Shown here: positions 58,039 through 64,000 of the stretch, in pieces
Numbering within the stretch: the first letter of the stretch is position 1
Layout of the letters: each line of letters opens with the position of its first letter
Origin: an uncultured Candidatus Saccharibacteria bacterium
GTDB lineage: Bacteria; Patescibacteriota; Minisyncoccia; Phycocordibacterales; JACOZG01
Assembly (NCBI GenBank): GCA_965230925.1
Contig: OZ246403.1
Location: 202,455-266,454 of the forward strand
DNA length: 64,000 bases
Direction: 5' to 3'
Program-made: the position numbers and the translations under genes
The notes under the pieces: model-generated
Databases searched by the model: none
What the model saw: the letters and a program-made list of their open reading frames with translations, nothing else
Told to the model about the DNA's origin: nothing

Positions 58039-58148
58039 CACACGGAACCTCAAAGAACTCCGTTTCTTTACCTGCCGCGCGAACTCCGCGGCTGAGGTTG
58101 CGAGAACGATTCCCGCTCCGCTCTTAAAATTACCTGTCGGGAAGTATT

Positions 58149-60125
58149 GTGTCAATGGCAAACTCCCGTTATACTCCCCTCGTGGAAAATAATATTCTCG
58201 AAGGGACCATTAAGCTCTCGATGAAGGGCTTCGGTTATGTGGATCTGCCTGGTCAAGAAAAGATCAAAAAGCGCGAGGAGCGCCAGGCCGTCGAGATTGC
58301 ACCGACGAATCTCAATATGGCTCTCAACGGCGACGTGGTGAAAGTGCTGATTCATCCCAAAAAGGGTGACTTACGGCTCTCGGGCGAAGTGACGGAAATA
58401 ATTACCCCGGGCAAGCGCGAGTTCGTGGGCGTGCTGGAGGCCGAGAATGGCTTCTTCTATCTCGTCCCGGATGATAAGAAAATGTACACGGATATTCTAG
58501 TGGACCAAAAGCAGACTCATGGCGCTAAAGCTGGCGATAAAGTGTTGGTAAAAATTACTAAGTGGGAAGACTCTAAGAAAGATCCGATTGGTGAAGTGCT
58601 GGAAGTAATTGGCGAGGCGGGCGCGCATGATACCGAGATGCGGGCAATTGTGCTCGGACGCGGCTTTAAGCTCGGCTTCGAAGCGGCGGTAGAGAAAGAC
58701 GCGGAGCGAATTAAAGCTGGTGCCGCGGAAGATTTAAAAAAAGAAATTGCAAAGCGCCGGGATTTCCGTGAGACGCTTACGTTTACCATTGACCCAATTG
58801 ATGCGAAAGACTTCGATGATGCGATTTCGCTGAAGAAACTTGGTGATAATAAATGGGAAGTGGGCGTTCACATTGCTGACGTGTCCCACTATCTCCAACC
58901 CGGCACCGAGCTCGATAAAGAAGCACGAAAGCGGGCGACCTCAATTTATCTCGTCGATCGCACCATTCCGATGTTGCCGGAAATTCTCTCAAATGACTTG
59001 TGTAGCTTGAACCCAAATGAAGACAAGCTCACCTTCTCGGCGGTGTTTACGATGAATGAAAATGGCGAGATTTCTGATCGCTGGTTCGGCCGCACCGTTA
59101 TTCATTCCGATAAACGGTTTACCTACGAAGAAGTCTGGGATGTTTTGCAAAAAAAGACTGACGGGCCGTATTTTGCAGAATTAACGACGCTCAACAAACT
59201 CGCCTACAAATTGCGGGAGAAAAAGTTTGAGGCCGGAGCCATTGCCTTCGAAACTGATGAAATTAAATTTAAGCTCGACGCGGCTGGCAAACCAATTGAG
59301 GTGTATAAAAAGACGCGCAATGACGCTCATCTCCTCGTCGAGGACTTCATGCTTCTCGCCAATCGCGGTGTGGCTGAGTATGTGTCGGGCCTGGTGAAAG
59401 ATGCGGAGAATAAATTCGTCTATCGCATCCATGATCTCCCCGACCCAGATAAGCTCGGTCAACTCGCGGCCTTCTTGCGGCCAATGGGTTACGAACTCCC
59501 CTTGCGCGGTGACGGCATTCGCTCAAGCGATCTCAACAAATTCCTCAAGTCAGTGGAAGGCAAACCGGAGCAAAACATGATCCAAACTTCAGTGATGCGC
59601 TCGATGTCGAAAGCGATTTACGCTATGAAAAATATTGGCCACTATGGTCTCGCCTTCGCGCATTACACCCACTTTACCTCGCCGATCCGCCGCTACCCCG
59701 ACGTGATGGTTCATCGCTTGCTCCAAATTTACTTAGACGGCCAAGAACCGGATCAGAAAATAATTAAAGATTATTATGAGCTGTGCTTCTATACCTCGCA
59801 GAAAGAACTCGAAGCCCAAGATGCCGAGCGCGACTCGATTAAATATAAACAAGTGGAATACTTGGCGCCGAAGATTGGCGAGACCTTCGATGCCCTCATT
59901 TCTGGTGTCTCCAAGTGGGGCGTGTATGTGGAAGAAAAGGAAAGTAAGGCTGAAGGCATGGTGCGCCTCTTCGAGATGAAGGATGACTTCTATGTCTTCG
60001 ATGAGAAAAATTATTGCCTCCTCGGCCAAAATTCCGGCAAACGCTTCCGCCTCGGCGATTCAATTAAAGTAAAACTTCTGAAAGCTGAACCAAAAACTCG
60101 CTCCCTAGATTTCGCCTTCGCTTAA
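58149..60125 (+). CDS. rnr: Ribonuclease R / RNB-family 3'-5' exoribonuclease (short, 658 aa)
   Basis: N-terminal cold-shock-like KGFGYVD; RNB core; C-terminal S1-like. Confidence 0.85.
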   Translation: MSMANSRYTPLVENNILEGTIKLSMKGFGYVDLPGQEKIKKREERQAVEIAPTNLNMALNGDVVKVLIHPKKGDLRLSGEVTEIITPGKREFVGVLEAENGFFYLVPDDKKMYTDILVDQKQTHGAKAGDKVLVKITKWEDSKKDPIGEVLEVIGEAGAHDTEMRAIVLGRGFKLGFEAAVEKDAERIKAGAAEDLKKEIAKRRDFRETLTFTIDPIDAKDFDDAISLKKLGDNKWEVGVHIADVSHYLQPGTELDKEARKRATSIYLVDRTIPMLPEILSNDLCSLNPNEDKLTFSAVFTMNENGEISDRWFGRTVIHSDKRFTYEEVWDVLQKKTDGPYFAELTTLNKLAYKLREKKFEAGAIAFETDEIKFKLDAAGKPIEVYKKTRNDAHLLVEDFMLLANRGVAEYVSGLVKDAENKFVYRIHDLPDPDKLGQLAAFLRPMGYELPLRGDGIRSSDLNKFLKSVEGKPEQNMIQTSVMRSMSKAIYAMKNIGHYGLAFAHYTHFTSPIRRYPDVMVHRLLQIYLDGQEPDQKIIKDYYELCFYTSQKELEAQDAERDSIKYKQVEYLAPKIGETFDALISGVSKWGVYVEEKESKAEGMVRLFEMKDDFYVFDEKNYCLLGQNSGKRFRLGDSIKVKLLKAEPKTRSLDFAFA

Positions 60126-60403
60126 CCTTTTATCGCCCCTTCCTTTTTCAAAATCGCGAGCTTTTTGCTATTGCCGCCGCGATTGTAGCCACCCATCTTG
60201 CCATCCGAGCGGATGACGCGATGACACGGAATCGTGGGGTCAAAATTGGTTTTAAGAATACTCCCCACGGCTCTCGCCGCCCGCGGCGATCCAACCTTCG
60301 CCGCCACTTCCGCATACGTCATCACCTTCCCCTTCTTAATCTTCCGCACCACCGCAAACACCTTTTCTTTAAAGCTTTTTGTTTTCAAATTAGTAAAAAA
60401 CAA
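60122..60403 (-). CDS. MGMT-family methylated-DNA-protein-cysteine methyltransferase, DNA-binding/active-site domain only
   Basis: IPCHRVI active-site Cys motif; 93 aa. Confidence 0.7.
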   Translation of the reverse strand: MFFTNLKTKSFKEKVFAVVRKIKKGKVMTYAEVAAKVGSPRAARAVGSILKTNFDPTIPCHRVIRSDGKMGGYNRGGNSKKLAILKKEGAIKG

Positions 60404-60414
60404 ATTTAATAACC

Positions 60415-60993
60415 CTATCTACTGGGTCTTGATGTCTCTGTTTTTTTCTCTGGATCGTACTTATCAATATCGTCCACAGTTACACCTCGTTCCTTTAAGA
60501 TTTTATCTCGTAGATAGATACCGAGAACCACTATAATATCTCCAATTTCCATTCCCTCTTTGAATAAATATTCCTTAATTGGGTTTATCCTTGTGTCATC
60601 CTTTATTTCATCGATAACTTGCTTGGCGGTCTCTTGAATATCATACGATGTGGCAGGCTTTTCCTTTTCAATTTTTTGTTTAAGTTCTTCATAGTTTTTA
60701 TCAACAAAGCTTTGCCCACCACTTTCAATCAAAATACGATTACCCCGGTCAGTTAAGGTAACTGGGCTTTTTCTTTTTGTTAGAGGCTCTTTGTAATCCA
60801 AAGCCGTTTCACATTTTATAACTTTATCCCTGACCTCCCGACAATCAAGGCGTATTTCTTTAACATCTTGTTCCAAACGGTCAACCTTAGATTTGTAGAC
60901 AAAAAAGGAAATTATCCCGGTAACAATTGAAACCCCGAGTGGAATAAAGACATTGGAGTACTGGGCAAGATAATTTGTAGATTCTGGCGGCAT
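60415..60993 (-). CDS. Hypothetical single-TM protein encoded in a low-GC (~38%) segment
   Basis: N-terminal TM (VFIPLGVSIVTGIISFFVY), coiled-coil and charged C-terminus; GC clearly lower than flanks. Confidence 0.45.
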   Translation of the reverse strand: MPPESTNYLAQYSNVFIPLGVSIVTGIISFFVYKSKVDRLEQDVKEIRLDCREVRDKVIKCETALDYKEPLTKRKSPVTLTDRGNRILIESGGQSFVDKNYEELKQKIEKEKPATSYDIQETAKQVIDEIKDDTRINPIKEYLFKEGMEIGDIIVVLGIYLRDKILKERGVTVDDIDKYDPEKKTETSRPSR

Positions 60994-61068
60994 GTTTCAA
61001 TTATATAACACTAGTTTATCAAAGGATATAACCCTATCACGAATCAATAGGAGTTGCATCATTTCCAA

Positions 61069-63210
61069 TCACTTCGCATACCCTACGGCATCATCGAGTT
61101 TGATGGAGAGAAGACGCGAGGCGCCGTCGGAGCCCATGGTTACGCCATAGAGTACGGAAGCACGAGACATCGTTTCGCGATTGTGGGTAATGAGAATGAG
61201 TTGCGAGTGCTGGGCCAGCTGCTCAATGAGGTCGCCATACTTGCGCGAGTTGGCCTCGTCGAGAGCGGCATCGGTTTCGTCGAGGATCATGAAGGGCGGC
61301 GGGTTGACCTGCGAGAGAGCAAAGAGAAGCGAAATCGCCGTGAGCGAGCGCTCGCCACCGGAGAGCATTTCGAGCCCGCGGATTTTCTTGCGCGGGAGAT
61401 TTAAATTAATATCAATCCCTTCCTCGGTTGGCTTCACTTCTTCTGGCATTTCCGTCGCGAGTTTGAGATCATCGTCACGCTTAGCTTTGGGTGGCTTAGT
61501 AAGAATAAGTTCCGCCGTGCCGCCGCCAAACATGAGGGCGAAGAACTTTTGGAATTCATGATTCGCCTTGTGGAGCCCTTCGCGGAATTCGCGATCAATG
61601 CGAATTTTGAGCTCTTCAATAATCTGCTTCAAGCTCGCCCCGCTCGCTTCGAGATCCGTAATTTCCTTGGCCAAGTGCTCATCGCGCGCCATGGTTTCCT
61701 TATATTCCTTCACAGTGTCACCACTCTCCACACCCAGATCTTCGAGTCTTAGCTTTCTCTTTTCTATTTCTCGTCTTTTTGTTTCTTGCTCGGCACGGTT
61801 GGTAATATCGCCTGACTTCCCTTCGCCCAACACACCACCGAGAAGGTTCTTCGCCTCCGCGAGCATAGTCGTGAAGTGATTCTTCTCAAGCATCAATTTC
61901 TCCTCTTTCATTCTTAAGGTCGAGAGCTCGCTCATCAATTCATTTTTCCGCAAACGCAAAGCAAACACTTCCTTCTCGGCTTCATTTACCGTTTTAGCTC
62001 GTTCGAGCAAAGCTGTAATTTCTTGTTCCAATTTACTACGTTCACTCTCAAGTTCAGTTCTCTTGGTTTCGAGCGCTGCAATTTCTTCACGCGAATTATC
62101 TTCCTGTTCGACCTGTTCACCACCTGACGGACTCCAAAAGCTTTTCAGAGCCCCGCGAATTCTCTGACCAATTTCTTGCCAAACATCTACGACCCTGCTC
62201 GCTTCCGCTTCAGTGAGCCAAGTCTCTAACCGGGCAAATAATTCTTCTACCCGTCCCTTCGTAATCGCCACCGTGGTACTGGGCAAAGCTACAGGCATTC
62301 GCTTTGCCTCAATCAACCCCTCAATCCTGCCCAAATCTCGCACAATTACTTCTCTGGCGCGCCTTTTCTCATCAAGCGCGCGTTCATCCACCTTCACCTC
62401 CTCGCGACTCAAGCGATTAAGTTTGATTTCTAATTCGTGCAGTTCACCCTTGGGACGTCGAAGCGCTTCTTCAAGCGCGGAGGCGCCTTGATCCAAGTAA
62501 GCCCTCTCTGTTGCCAAATAAATTTCATACAGTTCTTTCAGCTCCACCCGTAAATTTTCTGCCTTCTTGATTTTCTCCATCTCGCGCTCGAGATACTTCA
62601 AGTGCGGCGCGAGCTCGCGGCGTAGCGAGGCTACTTGTTTGAGATTATCTTCCGTCTTCTCAAGCTTCTTCTCACTCTCGGCAATTTTCCATTGATAGAG
62701 ACGCAAGCCGAACGCATCTTCGAGCAATTCCCGACGCTCGGCCGCACTGGCCTCAAGCACACGGTCTGCCTCACCTTGGCGGATAATATGATGGCCAGAA
62801 GAACCGAGCGAAGCACCGGCCAGTAATTCAAGAATATCTTTGAGCCTCACCGCTGTGCCATTGAGTAAATAGTCGTTTAAACCGTCGCGGTGCACCACGC
62901 GCTCAATTTTTACCTCATCGTAAGCGACATTAAATTTCTTATCTTTGTTGTCGAAAGTAATGGCAACTGATGCCCGTGCCGCTCGTGGCGCATTAGCCGA
63001 GCCGTTCCAGATCAAATCTTCACCACGCTTACCGCGCAGTGATTTAAGCGACTGCTCGCCAAGCACCCAACGGAAAGCTTCGGCCACATTACTTTTCCCC
63101 GAACCATTCGGTCCCACAATCGCTGTTACGGGCGCTTCGAAAACTAAAGCCGTCTTTTTACTAAACGACTTGAAGCCAGTGAGTTCGAGCGAAGTAAGTC
63201 TCATTTCCAA
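61069..63210 (-). CDS. smc: SMC-family ATPase, unusually short (713 aa), apparently hingeless
   Basis: N-terminal ITAIVGPNGSGKSNVAEAFRWVLGEQSLKSLRG; C-terminal LSGGERSLTAISLLFA and MILDETDAALD; ~70-aa non-coil linker instead of hinge; conserved rnc-smc synteny. Confidence 0.75.
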   Translation of the reverse strand: MEMRLTSLELTGFKSFSKKTALVFEAPVTAIVGPNGSGKSNVAEAFRWVLGEQSLKSLRGKRGEDLIWNGSANAPRAARASVAITFDNKDKKFNVAYDEVKIERVVHRDGLNDYLLNGTAVRLKDILELLAGASLGSSGHHIIRQGEADRVLEASAAERRELLEDAFGLRLYQWKIAESEKKLEKTEDNLKQVASLRRELAPHLKYLEREMEKIKKAENLRVELKELYEIYLATERAYLDQGASALEEALRRPKGELHELEIKLNRLSREEVKVDERALDEKRRAREVIVRDLGRIEGLIEAKRMPVALPSTTVAITKGRVEELFARLETWLTEAEASRVVDVWQEIGQRIRGALKSFWSPSGGEQVEQEDNSREEIAALETKRTELESERSKLEQEITALLERAKTVNEAEKEVFALRLRKNELMSELSTLRMKEEKLMLEKNHFTTMLAEAKNLLGGVLGEGKSGDITNRAEQETKRREIEKRKLRLEDLGVESGDTVKEYKETMARDEHLAKEITDLEASGASLKQIIEELKIRIDREFREGLHKANHEFQKFFALMFGGGTAELILTKPPKAKRDDDLKLATEMPEEVKPTEEGIDINLNLPRKKIRGLEMLSGGERSLTAISLLFALSQVNPPPFMILDETDAALDEANSRKYGDLIEQLAQHSQLILITHNRETMSRASVLYGVTMGSDGASRLLSIKLDDAVGYAK

Positions 63211-63896
63211 CCTTTAACCAATAAACCCGCGGCGGCGGCGGCTTGCTCGGCTTCTTGCTTGCTGTGGCCCGCGCCTTCGGCCACTTTTTCTTCGCCAAGG
63301 TAGAGCCCGACGGTAAAGGTTTTGTCATGATCGGGACCCGCTTCGCCGAGCACGCGATAAGCCGGAGTAAAACCGCTTACTTCTTGAGCCTTCTCTTGGA
63401 AGAAGCTCTTGGCATCGCGGAAGCGTTCGCCGGTCACAATGGTAGATACTTGATCAAAAAAGTTGCGACCAATGAAGGCGGCCGCGGCGTCGTAACCCTG
63501 GTCGAGATAAATCGCACCGATAATCGCCTCAATGGCATTAGCAAGAATTACTTGCCGCGCGCGACCGTTGTCCTTCGACTCGCCTTTCGAGAGGAGTAGA
63601 TGATCATTCACTCCAAGCCCTGCCGCGATTTCGCCCAAGATATTGGCGTTCACCAGAGCCGCTCGATAGGCCGTAAGCGCTCCTTCATTTTCTTTAGGAT
63701 AAGTTTGGAAAAGGTGGTCGGTAATCACGAGCTCAAGCACGGCATCGCCAAGGAACTCAAGACGCTCATTGTGCGGAACAGAAAAATCTCGGTGCTCATT
63801 CAAATACGAACGGTGAACTAGGGCCTCGGCCAAGAGTGCCTGATTTTTGAAATTTACTCCGAGCTTGGCTTCACACTGTTTCAAATCGCGCTTCAT
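63201..63896 (-). CDS. rnc: Ribonuclease III
   Basis: ERLEFLGDAVLELVITDHLF RNase III signature; C-terminal dsRBD. Confidence 0.9.
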   Translation of the reverse strand: MKRDLKQCEAKLGVNFKNQALLAEALVHRSYLNEHRDFSVPHNERLEFLGDAVLELVITDHLFQTYPKENEGALTAYRAALVNANILGEIAAGLGVNDHLLLSKGESKDNGRARQVILANAIEAIIGAIYLDQGYDAAAAFIGRNFFDQVSTIVTGERFRDAKSFFQEKAQEVSGFTPAYRVLGEAGPDHDKTFTVGLYLGEEKVAEGAGHSKQEAEQAAAAAGLLVKGWK

Positions 63897-63903
63897 AAAA
63901 AGT

Positions 63904-64000
63904 TATTGAGAAAGTGTTTTAATTGCCTTGGTGACAATAGGTAAAATATCATCGTACATTTTTAAATCCGGAATCTCGCGAAGATTAAACCAGCGCGCAT
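63904..64000 (-). CDS. 3' end of a CDS continuing beyond the window end
   Basis: Own translation: ...ARWFNLREIPDLKMYDDILPIVTKAIKTLSQ*; identity not determinable. Confidence 0.3.

Noticed and set aside
57304-58148. tmRNA or RNase P RNA gene in the rpsP-rnr spacer
   Set aside because: By eye there is no tRNA-like acceptor/T-arm ending in CCA. P4 strands (GGAAAGUCCGG / ACAGAAcCCGGCUUA) and GGUAAGGGUGAAAGGGUG-type motifs are absent on both strands. The region stays unassigned and is reported as a finding, not as an RNA feature.

Overview
This 64-kb window is a densely coding bacterial chromosomal segment of about 90 genes. GC is about 50%, with one clearly AT-rich gene.

Housekeeping core, all on the minus strand: rpsP, a KH protein, trmD, rpoB, rpoC, dnaG and rpoD sit in one colinear run. 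The window also carries rnr, an MGMT-like gene, a hingeless SMC-like gene next to rnc, lexA, tsaC, PCD, msrA-msrB and one tRNA-Asn.

Regulatory signals are of Gram-positive type: strong AGGAGG Shine-Dalgarno sites, a Cheo-type GAAC-N4-GTTC LexA box, and several near-leaderless promoters. RpoB (1056 aa) and RpoC (1211 aa) are compact and RpoD has a Lys-rich N-terminus, which suggests a small-genome lineage; I cannot name the taxon.

Two copper/thiol-redox clusters make up most of the accessory content. One holds a CopB-type CPH ATPase, CcdA, thioredoxin-like, DUF1573 and DoxX-like genes. The other holds a CopA CPC ATPase, CopZ, a cupredoxin, a large DsbD-like/His-Met-rich membrane protein, DoxX, thioredoxin and DsbA.

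A cell-wall module sits at 19.2-22.6 kb: two small Cys-rich zinc-ribbon proteins, a PG-binding acidic secreted protein and tandem M14 peptidases.

Structural oddities worth a second look are a serine-hydrolase gene flanked by 64-bp direct repeats, a VOC-gene remnant abutting tRNA-Asn, and an unassigned 0.85-kb stretch between rpsP and rnr.

No CRISPR array, transposase, integrase or rRNA was seen. All calls rest on reading the ORF translations and raw sequence; no database search was possible.
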